NCBI GenBank assembly: GCA_032718475.1
Contig: JAUCBJ010005529.1
Span: 1 to 42,257 of the forward strand
Direction: 5' to 3'
Source of the DNA: Nemertoderma westbladi
Lineage: Eukaryota > Animalia > Xenacoelomorpha
Length of the DNA: 42,257 nt
The translations under genes and the position numbers were made by a program. The notes beneath the pieces were generated by a model, which was not told the origin of the DNA, searched no databases, and worked only from the letters and a program-made list of their open reading frames with translations. Of the stretch, positions 10,064 through 20,625 are shown in pieces; the first letter of the stretch is position 1; each line of letters opens with the position of its first letter.

Positions 10064-13000
10064 CTAAATCAAACCCCAACTGCTCGAACAATTAGCCTAC
10101 TTCGAGACACCAAACAGTCCATCAACCCCCCCACCCCTACCACCACAACAACCCCATCAGGCCCATCACCTACATATCCCTGGCTCTCCCGCTTCAACTC
10201 CAACGGAATCCACATTGTCCATGCCAACTTGCGAAGCCTCCTACCAAAAATATCTGAAATTCGTCTTATACTACAACCCCAAACAATTGATATTATAACC
10301 CTTTCTGAAACCTGGCTGGACATCACGGTCACTAATGAAGCTATAAAAGTCGCGGGATATAACTTTTACCGGAATGACAGATCTCGAGACGGTGGCGGAG
10401 TTGGAATGTACATAGCAGAAAAACTATCCTTCAACGAACTACCAAGACCCCCAAAATCTAACACAGAGTGCAAAGTTGGTACTCTCATCCTGCCCAAAAC
10501 AAAACCAATACTTATTGGCTCTATCTACCGACCAGAGAATGACCAATCTTTCTTCGATGACATTGAGTACCAACTAGGCGACATTTCCAAATACAAAGAG
10601 ATTTTCATTTTGGGAGATACCAACAGCGATACACTGAACTCACGCAACCCTAACACTGCAGCCGCACGAAGACGTCTTCTAGATTTCTGCAACTCCACTG
10701 GACTTAAACAGCTGATATCCGAACCCACCCGAATAACATCGAACTCAAAAACCACCATTGATCACATTTTTGCCAGTAACCCCGAATTTATACGTGACAG
10801 TGGAGTAATCAAATCAGGACTCAGTGACCACTGCATGGTATTTGTGTCCCGCAGCTGTCCGAAACTACCACGTCCTAACCAACACACCAGCCGATCATGC
10901 CGATCTTATAAAGGATACACTGCAGATATACTCCTTAGCAACCTCGACACCAGCCATATCCTGCCTTCAATCCTATGTACAGCAAACCCAACAACAGGTG
11001 CTCATTTACTAACTACTGAACTCACCCGTATCCTCGATAAAATCGCACCACATCGCTGCGTCAGAGTTAAACATTTTTCCGAACCTTGGATGACCGCCGA
11101 CATCATAACAATCATCCAGGATAGAAACAAAGCACCCCTAAAATTCCATGAGCACCGAAGCCCAAGTAACTACGACAACTATAAACAATTGAGGAACAAG
11201 GCAACACACAAACTCAGATCAGCCAAATCCACCTACATCAAAAACGTCCTCGACTCCAACAAAACAAACAGTAAAGTCCTCTGGAAAACCCTAAAGACAC
11301 TCGGAGCGCCCACGAAAAGAGCGAAGTCGTCTACCGTAATATCAGCTATCGAAAATAATGGAGCCCTCCTTACTTACCTCCGACATTGCCAATGTTCTGA
11401 ACTCCTTCTTCACAAATATCTCAAAGACATTGGTAGCCATCTCCCAGCAACATCTACAATGGCCCCGCAGTCGAGCAGTTCTATGCCCTGAAAGGAATTA
11501 AAAAAGACAGTTTCTCCCTCCAAACAGTCGATAGACAGATCGTATTTGACATTCTCACAAACCTAGATACCACCAAGGCCAGTGGACCCGACTCGATCAG
11601 CCCAAGAATACTTAAGGACGGAAGCCCGATCTTAACTGACCACCTTACCTACATTATAAACTCATCAATTACCTCAGCAATCTTTCCCACCGATTATAAA
11701 CTCGCCAAAGTCAATCCAATCTTCAAAAAAGGCCCCCGCATTGTCCGTGATCACTACCGCCCCATTTCGCTGCTTCCAACTGCCTCCAAAGTCCTAGAAA
11801 AGGTTATCTTCGAACAATTCAAAAGCTACATAGTAACCAACAATATACTCGACGATCTCCAATCCGGCGCCCGGACCGGCCACTCAGTACAAACCTGCCT
11901 CATCCACCTCGACGACCTCATCCGAAATGCAACCGACAAAGGAATGTTAGTAGGAATGGTTGCCATAGATATTAGAAAAGCCTACGACACCGTGCAGCAC
12001 GACATCCTCCTACATAAGCTAAAGTGCATCGGACTCAACCAACACACCATAAATTGGTTCCGCTCCTACTGGTCAGGAAGATCACAATATGTTCAAATCG
12101 GAAACTCCACATCAAAAACACTCGATATCACGTGCGGCACCCCCCAAGGAGCTCTCCTAGCTGTTTTACTGTTCTTAATCTATATCAACGACTTCGATCT
12201 AGCTCTCGTTCCCACTAACTGTACCCCGACCCAAACGGTTTCGTTGATGCCCCCCACAGCTTCTCCAGGTTCGGTGGTGCTCCCTGCGGCCTCTCCAGGT
12301 TTGGTGGTGCTCCCTGCGGCATCTCCAGGTTCGGTGGCGCTCCCCGCGGATTCCCAAGGGTCGTTGGTGCTCCCTGCAGCATCTCCAGGTAAGGTTGCGC
12401 TCCCCGCGGACTCCCAACGTTTGGTGGCGCTCCCTGCGGCATCTCCCGGTACGGTGGCACTCCCCGCGGATCCCCAAGGTTCGGTGGCGCTCCCTGCGGC
12501 ATCTCCAGGTATGGTGGCGCTCCCTGCAGCCTCTCCGGTTTTGGTGGCGCTCCCTGCGGCCTCCCCAGATTCGGTGGCGCTCCCTGCGGCCTCTCCAGGT
12601 TTGGTGGCGCTCCCTGCGACCTCCCAAGGTTCGTTGGCGCTCCCTGCGGACTCCCAAGTTTCGGTGGCGCTCCCCGCAGACACCCAAAGTTTGGTGGCGC
12701 TCCCCGCGAACCACCCAGGTTCGGTGGCGCTCCCTGCGGACTCCCAATGTTCGTTGGCGCTCCCCGCGGGCTCCCAAGGTTCGGTGGCACTCCCCGCAGA
12801 CTCCCAAGGTTCGGTGGCGCTCCCCATGGACTCCCAAAATTCGGTGGCTCTCCCCGCGGACCACCCAGGTTTGGTGGCGCTCCCTGCGGACTCCCAAGGT
12901 TCGTTGGCGCTCCCCGCGGACTCCCAAGGTTTAGTGGCGATCCCCGCGGACTCCCAAGGTTCAGTGGCGATCCCCGTGGACTACCCAGGTTCGGTGCCAC

Positions 13001-13959
13001 CCGCGACGACCCCTCCAGGTTCCGTTCCCCTCTCAACGGAGGTCACCCACCACGTCGCCAACACCAACAGCCAAAATCTCACGGTGGCACTGAAATATGT
13101 CGACAATACAAATATCCTCAAAATTGGACACAACTTAAAGGAAATCGAAACGTCACTCTCGGAAACACTGACCAGGGTAAATGCCTGGGCTGTCGATAAC
13201 CGCCTTAGCATTCACCCCGACAAGTTCGAGGTCATGCTTTTTGGTTCACACCAGCGCCTAGCCACATCGGGTAGTTTCTCAGTAACCTTCGGATCCGCAC
13301 GTCTTGACACCTCAGAAACGGTGAATTACTTGGGCTGCTCCCTCAATGCTACTCTTTCAGGCGCCGACTCGGCCCAAACCGCCATACGCAGAGGAAATGC
13401 TTGCCTGAAATTCCTCCACAGAAACTCGCAAGTACTCGACAAACCACTACGGCGTACTTTATGTAACGCCCTAATCCAGCCGATCATCGACTCCTCTGCC
13501 CCGGTTTGGTATCTGAGCGCCGCCAGCCGCCTCCGTAACCGCATCGACGCACTCCAACGGAAGTGTATCCGTTTCTGTCTCGATCTCGACTCGCGCACCC
13601 ACATCGACTCTACCCACTTCATCCGAATAAACTGGCTCCCTATCACCGAGCGGGTCCATCAAACCATCCTGACCCACATGTTTAAAGTATACAGGAAAAC
13701 CGCGCCCATCTAACTCCAGTCCCTTGTAACTTTTAGTTACCTCTCCGATCGTTCACGGTCCTCCATAGCGCACGCCACCATTCCTCGGAAAAAAACTAAA
13801 ACTGCCACGCACGCCTTCTCCTACTTAGGACCCTTCCTGTGGAATAAACTCCCGAACGAAATAAAACAATTAACCACAGTAGAATCCTTTAAACACAAAG
13901 TAAAGACCCACTTACTTAGCCTTTTATCCTCCCGAGAACAATGCATCTATTCTTTTTAA
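10064..13959 (+). pseudogene. LINE ORF2 (APE endonuclease + reverse transcriptase), disrupted
   Basis: APE motifs HANLRSL, LSETWL, GGGVG, IYRP, LGDTN, IDHIF and SDH. Frameshifts at ~11375-11455. RT motifs KASGPD, YRPISLL, DIRKAYDTV, GTPQGA, YVDN (for YADD, 13096-13107) and YLG. Premature TAA at 13711-13713; the homologous frame continues to TAA at 13957-13959. Confidence 0.9.
12241..13020 (+). repeat. In-frame 30-bp (10-aa) coding minisatellite, 26 units, inside the RT domain
   Basis: Consensus TCGGTGGCGCTCCCTGCGGACTCCCAAGGT encodes SVALPADSQG. Strict 30-bp period with no indels or stops. Confidence 0.95.
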
Positions 13960-14097
13960 CCATCCCTACAAAAACTCTCATTCTTTTTTTTTAATCGTAT
14001 CGTAACCGTGTTCTGTATTTTTTTTTTTTATTTTTCATTTTTTTTTAATTAAGTTTCAATAATGATTTTATAGCCAGATCGATTCACTGCATAGCCA

Positions 14098-14142
14098 GGG
14101 GACCCCCATGGAAACGAGACTATGTCTCATGAGGTTATCCCC
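14098..14142 (+). other. Stem-loop in the LINE 3' UTR (possible RT recognition element)
   Basis: GAGAC-TAT-GTCTC hairpin within an outer GGGA...TCCC pairing. 3' stem-loops are known cis elements of CR1/L2-group LINEs. Confidence 0.4.
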
Positions 14143-14603
14143 GACATCATTATCTTTTGCTCTGTACCGTTAACCGTTATCATTCCGCGCCCGTATGTAT
14201 GCTCCCTGTGCGCCTTCCTGTGCTTCCTATGCGCCTGTATGTTCCCTTTTTTTTAATATTTGTAATTATATCCACATCTACATCATCATGATTCTTTTTA
14301 GTGTGCACTCCCATAAAAACTTATTTGTTCAAACCAAACCGTTCTCATCAATTGTTTTTAGTATACAATACCATAATTTTAAAGTCCTACAGCTACACCT
14401 TACCGTAATCTAATATCTCAAACGATAAAACCGAATATTCTACAGTGTAGGCCTACTGTAATTAATTATAAATAATGAATAAATTTGTAAATACTTGTTT
14501 CAGTTTCGATTGTACTGTTGTGTGTAACGTTTAACGTATTGCCTATGTTTTTAATATTTTTACTGTATTTTGATGTCAATAAACAATTCCAATTCCAAAT
14601 TCC

Positions 14604-15664
14604 TAGCTGGTCCACTCAATCAGTATTAGTAGCTGGTCCTGGTCCACTCAATCAGTATTAGTAGCTGGTCCACTCAATCAGTATTAGTAGATGATCCACT
14701 CAATTAGTATTAGTAGCTGGTCCACTCAATCAGTATTAGTAGCTGATCCACTCAATCAGTATTAGTAGCTGGTCCACTCAATCAGTATTAGTAGCTGGTC
14801 CACTCAATCAGTATTAGTAGCTGGTCCACTGAATCAGTATTAGTAGCTGATCCTGGTCTACTCAATCAGTATTAGTAGCTGATCCTGGTCTACTCAATCA
14901 GTATTAGTAGCTGATCCTGGTCTACTCAATCAGTATTAGTAGCTGATCCTGGTCTACTCAATCAGTATTAGTAGCTGATCCACTCAATCAGTATTAGTAG
15001 CTGATCCTGGTCTACTCAATCAGTATTAGTAGCTGATCCTGGTCTACTCAATCAGTATTAGTAGCTGATCCTGGTCTACTCAATCAGTATTAGTAGCTGA
15101 TCCACTCAATCAGTATTAGTAGCTGATCCACTCAATCAGTATTAGTAGCTGATCCACTCCATCAGTATTAGTACCTGATCCACTCCATCAGTATTAGTAG
15201 CTGATCCACTCCATCAGTATTTGTAGCTGATCCACTGAATCAGTATTAGTAGCTGATCCACTCCATCAGTATTAGTACCTGATCCACTCCATCAGTATTA
15301 GTAGCTGATCCACTCAATCAGTATTAGTCAGTTAGTAGCTGATCCACTCAATCAGTATTAGTAGCTGATCCACTCCATCAGTATTAGTACCTGATCCACT
15401 CCATCAGTATTTGTAGCTGATCCACTGAATCAGTATTAGTAGCTGATCCACTCCATCAGTATTAGTAGCTGATCCACTCCATCAGTATTAGTACCTGATC
15501 CACTCCATCAGTATTAGTACCTGATCCACTCCATCAGTATTTGTAGCTGATCCACTGACTGACTGAATCAGTATTAGTAGCTGATCCACTCCATCAGTAT
15601 TAGTAGCTGATCCACTCCATCAGTATTAGTAGCTGATCCACTCCATCAGTATTAGTACCTGATC
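14604..15664. repeat. 26-bp minisatellite, right part (about 39 units)
   Basis: Same unit as 8451-8932, with a block of 32-bp variants (GCTGATCCTGGTCTACTC...) followed by CTCCATC variants. Confidence 0.95.
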
Positions 15665-17072
15665 ACAGCATGAGTCTGTCAGGCTGTCAAGCAGTATAAT
15701 TGCTGTAATCAGGTAGTGTCAGTGTGTCAGTGTCAGTTCAGTTGGTGTGTCATTGTTGCATTGAGAATGTACAGACAGCAGGACAGAGACATGCACAGAG
15801 AACAGAGAATGTGATGTCTTGTTGTCCTGTCTGCCTGTCTGACTGTCTGTATTTGTGTTAAACCAGTAAAGTCTTCTTGTGCTAATCATAGTCATAATAA
15901 TCATAGGCCTAATCCAGTAATCATAACTAATCTTAATACTGTAATACCTAATCATAATCGGACTTTTTAGATTTGAGATTTCCAATATTTACACTGGGTG
16001 TTTCTCAGGTTTCTAGCAGTTTCCAGGTGAAATATAACGCACGACCTGCAGGAAGTTTTGTTAAAGATTCAAAAAACAAAAAAAGCAAACAAATAATTCT
16101 TAATTTAATTTAGGCCTAATTCGGACTTGCCGACAATAAAAGGTAGATATGATAAATGCTGTGCTGCATAATGTAACACATATAAATAGTAGTGCACGCA
16201 CGAGGAAAAATAATTATTTTAATTATATATATTATACTGTTATATGGATATATTATTATTTAGAAATTAAGTAATTCAAGTAGGCCTAGTAAAAGATATT
16301 AGCCGCAAAGGTATACAGTTATACCATATACCGTAAGGAATATATTTACAACTCACAATACAGCAATATTAAATATAACTGAGTAATTATTCTCCCATAA
16401 TGCATAACGCAAGCCACGGAAAAATAATTTGATAATACTACGGTCTGACGGTACAGTATAACTGTATAAAGAATATATTACATTGTATTACCGTTATTAA
16501 GGCTGTAAGGGACTGAGGGAAGCCCTATTGTATTGTATACGCTCACTGGGACACCCCAGCCACAGCCGTCGAGTCAGACATCCAATTGAATCAACTCACC
16601 TTAAATTTACTACAGTACTGCAGTACCGGTATGTGTCTCCTTGTTTGTGTCACTAATGAACTGCATACTGGCATATGTATGGGGCGACATGTATTAACAT
16701 GCATAAGTTAAATAAATACATGTCAGCATGTTCTGGAAGGAATATTTATGACATGGGCAGATGGGCTCGATATAAATAACGGTAGTTAATAGCACTGTTG
16801 TTCCGAGCCCTACACCCTAGGTGATTTAAAAGAAATTCCGAAAGAGGCGACTATTAGGACTGTTTATACAGTAGGCCTATATTGAAAGAGAGTGGAAGAA
16901 ACTTAGTAACAGAGGCAATAATCTGATAATTCGGTGAAGATGTTGAGGTGATGTGAGTATCCATATACAATCTATAGTCTGATAGTTCAGTAGTTGGTAA
17001 TAACATTTTTCGTGTGGTCAACAAAAGGGGTTTCAACACATAAATTCAGAAATTACATACAGTACAGTATTA

Positions 17073-17880
17073 CTACTACTAGGATCGGCATGCTGCATTG
17101 CAGCTGCATTTTTAAGAATGCTGTGCCGGCTTGTCAACAAAATTGCACCGCCACAACTCCCTATCACCCATGACATTTGCTAGATCATCCGCATCTTTAA
17201 GGCCAGTGTCCTTTAAGATGCGTCTCAAGAAAGTCATGGGCTGTCCACCATGCTTATTCACTCCATGAGGCTGCCAAAGTACAAGATTATGCACTGGCTG
17301 GTCCTCACGGCGAAAGCAATGTCCTGCAAAGCGGAGGCGATTTTGTTCTAGTGTCAAGCTTGGGGGAACCAATGAGACACCTCCAATGTTATATAGTGTC
17401 TGGTTGGAGATGTGTGCATTGTACTTGACACAATGTACCCGGCGTAGCATTCTTGTGAATGTGCCATCCAGAGATTTGGTGTCCTCAGCAGTTAGAGCCC
17501 AGCATGGACTCCCGTAGAGGAGTACTGGAACTACTGCTGCTCTAAATAATCGGACCTTAAGTTTCCGATTAATTCTAGGTGACTTCCAAATCCTGGAAAG
17601 CCTATTCAAGGCTGCCCATGCCTTTCCCTTACGTATTCGAAGGTCCTCACCTGACTTCCGGATCCATGATCCCAGGTAACAGAAGTCGTCCACATGCTCA
17701 AGCATACCATCCTTTGAGCTTATGCTCATCCGATCAGAGACTTGCTGAGGACTTTCAAAGTTAACTGTCAGAATTTTGGTCTTTCTGGAGTTAATAAAAA
17801 GACCAACACTAGAAGCAGCATGTTCTAATGAGCTGAGGAGCCGCTGGGCTCCCTCTAATGATTCTGAGAGTCCTGAGAGA
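17073..17880 (-). mobile_element. 5'-truncated RTE-clade LINE with a 50-bp TSD
   Basis: Minus-strand ORF with the C-terminal RT/thumb motifs GLFINSRKTK, DDFCYLGS, KAWAALNRLSRIWKS, VLLYGS and RLRFAGH. Short (TAG)n 3' tail at ~17073-17081. Identical 50-bp flanks at 17023-17072 and 17881-17930. Confidence 0.9.
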
Positions 17881-18280
17881 AAAAGGGGTTTCAACACATA
17901 AATTCAGAAATTACATACAGTACAGTATTAAGGCAACAATAAACAGCGCAAATAACTTAAACTTCATGATTTGAGAAATAAAGATTCTAAAAAACAGCTG
18001 ACGTTTCGAGTACAGTATTAAAAGCTTGGCTCCGGCTTATTTTTCGCCCCCTCTGGCCTGCACGCGCCCGGGTCGACTCGCCCCCATCCCCTACGCAACG
18101 CCACTGCCACTGGGGAATAGTATTCCAAATCGTATCTGTGATGTGTTTCCAGTTGTTTCCGCTTTTTAGCATATTACTGTATTAAACTGTATGTTCCGGT
18201 CCCATGGGCTCTGTGTCGAATCTAATTTAACGAGGCCTACGCCTAAGCGTTTTGCATGAAATTTCTCTCATATCTCATCT

Positions 18281-18407
18281 GGACCAATCAGGAAACAGTA
18301 TTCGACTACGCGTATGCATACGCGTATGTCTAATCGCTCAATGTGATGCTGTAATGTATAGATACGTGGATACGTACGCACATACGTGGATACGTACGGC
18401 ATACGTT
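18281..18407 (+). promoter_or_regulatory. Probable proximal promoter region of the GAA-like gene
   Basis: CCAAT box (GGACCAATCAG, 18281-18291), a perfect 20-bp palindrome TACGCGTATGCATACGCGTA (18307-18326) and repeated ATACGTGGATACGTACG, 100-230 bp upstream of the ATG. Confidence 0.4.
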
Positions 18408-18508
18408 GAAAAGTAAAACCCATATATTCATTCATTGTTCATGAATTCATAATACTATAATAACGTAGTCCTATTATTAATTATTATTAAAAAATATATA
18501 AAATAATA

Positions 18509-19436
18509 ATGCAAGATTCAATTGATATACATAATATGTATGGAACCAAATACAAGTACACATCGTTAAAAAAGAATCATCAATTGGAAAATGTTTCTTG
18601 CTACAAACCATTTCTGGTAGCCCTGTGTTTGATCTTTTTAATCACTATCGCTACGATTTTGACTTTCGGTTGGATTGCCTATTGTTACACCAGGCCGACT
18701 GGTAGAACGAACGACGAAGTATGTTGGATATTCGCGTCATATTACAACCCGGAAACGGATACAGCGGCCCTGGAAACTGATACAGCGACCCCGGAAACGG
18801 ATACAGCGGCCCCGGAAACGGAACATCGTCCACATAATGGGCCTACCGGTGGTGTCCCGGATAAATGTCTCGTGGAGGACGTTTCGAGATTCGATTGCTA
18901 CCCAGAAGGCGCGATTAACCAAACTCTGTGCGAAGCTCGGGGTTGTTGTTGGCGGCTACCAGATCCTCTCAGTGCTGACGCGAACGTTCCGTACTGTTAC
19001 TATCCGATATCATACTCGGTTTATGAGTTACAGGGATGGAATCATACAGACTTCGGATATTCAGCCAATTTGCTCTACAACAATAAAGGTTACACCCCCA
19101 ACCCTGTAAACAACGTGGTGGTTGACGTTTACCTCGAGACCAGCCAGCGACTCCATATGAAGATCTACGACGGTAAAGCGAAGCGATTCGAGGTTCCGCA
19201 GGATTTGGTTCCTCGTCCAGTCGTCGGTACGAAGTCCCCGTCCCAGGATTACTCCGTTGCTTTCACTTCGCATCCCTTCGGAGTGCAGGTTAACTATAAA
19301 GATAAACTCCTGTTAGATACCTCTCTGGGTGGGTTTATATATTCCGATAGTTACCTTCAGATATCGAGTAAATTGCCCGGGTTCTATTTGTATGGAATTG
19401 GAGAGAAAAGGAGTACATTTCTGCAATATCTCAATG
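18509..19436 (+). CDS. GAA: GH31 lysosomal alpha-glucosidase/maltase-like, exon 1 (type II TM anchor, stalk, trefoil domain, N-terminal beta domain)
   Basis: Hydrophobic FLVALCLIFLITIATILTFGWIAY, three PETDTAA-like 21-bp repeats, trefoil RFDCYP...CEARGCCW...PYCYYP and LYGIGE. Phase-1 donor G|GTTAGT at 19437. Confidence 0.88.
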
Positions 19437-19750
19437 GTTAGTTTATTTGGAATTATACAGTAGTTATGGCTGTATGGTTCGCATACCTTACAGCCTTACT
19501 GCCGTATTGTCCATCTGTCCATAGCATCAGATAATGATAATCTTTCGTAATTCATAATTCATGTAATTATTTATTATGTGAAGGGATCTAGAGGTCTTAA
19601 CCTCGAATAATAAGTTTATTTTACCGAAAATAACTTATCTTTTATTGGCGCAATTGTAGGAATAAGACCATCACATATGTACTTTTTATGTACAAATTTA
19701 GGAATCGCGTAATTTTTCTTGAAGTTAATATCTCATATCTCTCCAACCAA

Positions 19751-19793
19751 ACCACGTACGTGTTTCGACCTTACTGGGTCTCATCAGCGTGGT
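19751..19793 (-). ncRNA. Type I minimal hammerhead ribozyme
   Basis: The minus strand reads ACCACG-CUGAUGA-GACC-CAGUAA-GGUC-GAAAC-AC-GUA-CGUGGU: 6-bp stem I, intact CUGAUGA/GAAA core, 4-bp stem II, very short stem III and GUA cleavage triplet. Confidence 0.85.
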
Positions 19794-19865
19794 GTCGGAT
19801 TCGAACCTGGGACCTCGAGGTGGATTTGGTGGAAGCCGAGACTACAACCACTAGGCCACAGGTTC
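19794..19865 (-). promoter_or_regulatory. tRNA-derived (Gly-TCC-like) SINE head / internal Pol III promoter
   Basis: Minus strand: A box TGGCCTAGTGG (19848-19858), anticodon-arm-like CTCGG-CTTCCA...CGAG with a short duplication, and B box GGTTCGAATCC (19797-19807). No acceptor stem, so not a functional tRNA. Confidence 0.8.
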
Positions 19866-20367
19866 TTCTAAATTTGTACACTACCCGGTTAAAAAGTATG
19901 CGTGTGATCGGATTAGTCCTACAATTGCGCCAATAAAAGATAAGTTATTTTCGGTAAAATAAACTTTTCATTCGAGGTTAAGACCCCTAGATCCCTTCCT
20001 ATAATAAATGCATAATAACAAATACCTCGAAAATACAGCTTGCCAACACATTGTAATTTTCATTTAACTCACATTTATTCTTTTTTGATATCGAAATATT
20101 TATAGGCCTAGTTTTTATCAATCAATATAAAATTTCAAATTTTTGGTCAATGATAATTGATAGATTCAATATGTTGGACAGATACGATACATTAATACAC
20201 AACACAAAAGTAACGAACCTTGCATTTAGACTTGTAATATTAATAAACCCTCGTTTACTCGGAGAAAGCGTTTAATACAGATAGGTCGCGCATTTGAGTA
20301 AATGCTGTATGGAAAAACAATCGAACTAACAAATAACAATCTAACTGTTGTTGATGTTCCCCATTAG

Positions 20368-20536
20368 GATGGAAACGTTTGGCTTTATGGGACAGAGATG
20401 AGCCACCAACAGAGAACGCCAACCTTTATGGCTCGCACCCGTTTATGATAAACGTTATGGATGACGGGACAGCTGTTGGTATTGCTTTCATTAACAGCGG
20501 AGCTATGGAGTTCGATTTACAGCCGTTACCCGCCTT
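20368..20536 (+). CDS. GAA: GH31 alpha-glucosidase exon 2 (absent from the ORF track)
   Basis: CATTAG| acceptor and |GTAAGT donor. Encodes WKRLALWDRDEPPTENANLYGSHPFMINVMDDGTAVGIAFINSGAMEFDLQPLPA, matching the GH31 NLYGSHPF/NSNAM segment. Phases match exons 1 and 3. Confidence 0.93.
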
Positions 20537-20625
20537 GTAAGTTAGAATGCTATCTTGGTATTAAACGATATAAATTATACCCTTTTTATCTTATGTCACC
20601 GTTATGTTTCGATCAGGTTTTAGGT

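Larger units (their letters stand above)
8933..14603 (+). mobile_element. Full-length, decayed non-LTR retrotransposon of the CR1/L2 group
   Basis: 5' UTR, ORF1, APE-RT ORF2 ending in the CR1/L2-type LWNKLP...FKHKVK motif, and a 3' UTR with AATAAA (14578-14583) and an (AATTCC)n tail. Possible 4-bp TSD TAGC (8929-8932 and 14604-14607). Confidence 0.9.
19569..20009. mobile_element. Foldback element with ~135-bp inverted arms enclosing a tRNA-derived head and a hammerhead ribozyme
   Basis: Arms ~19569-19703 and ~19866-20009 are reverse complements, including a perfect 50-bp block AAGTTTATTTTACCGAAAATAACTTATCTTTTATTGGCGCAATTGTAGGA. No clear TSD. Confidence 0.9.

Noticed and set aside
12180-13211. 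Several long overlapping ORFs in other frames and on the minus strand
   Set aside because: By-products of a stop-poor GC-rich 30-bp repeat; only the RT frame has homology.
8451-15664. CRISPR-like appearance of the 26-bp repeats
   Set aside because: Units are head to tail with no unique spacers, there are no cas genes, and the context is eukaryotic; it is a minisatellite.
17881-17897. MLKPLF start of the 261-aa minus-strand ORF
   Set aside because: It derives from the duplicated target site (the same start appears at 17039); the RTE copy is 5'-truncated and lacks the catalytic YADD region.
19794-19865. Functional tRNA-Gly gene
   Set aside because: No pairing acceptor stem and an insertion in the anticodon arm; only the A and B boxes are intact.
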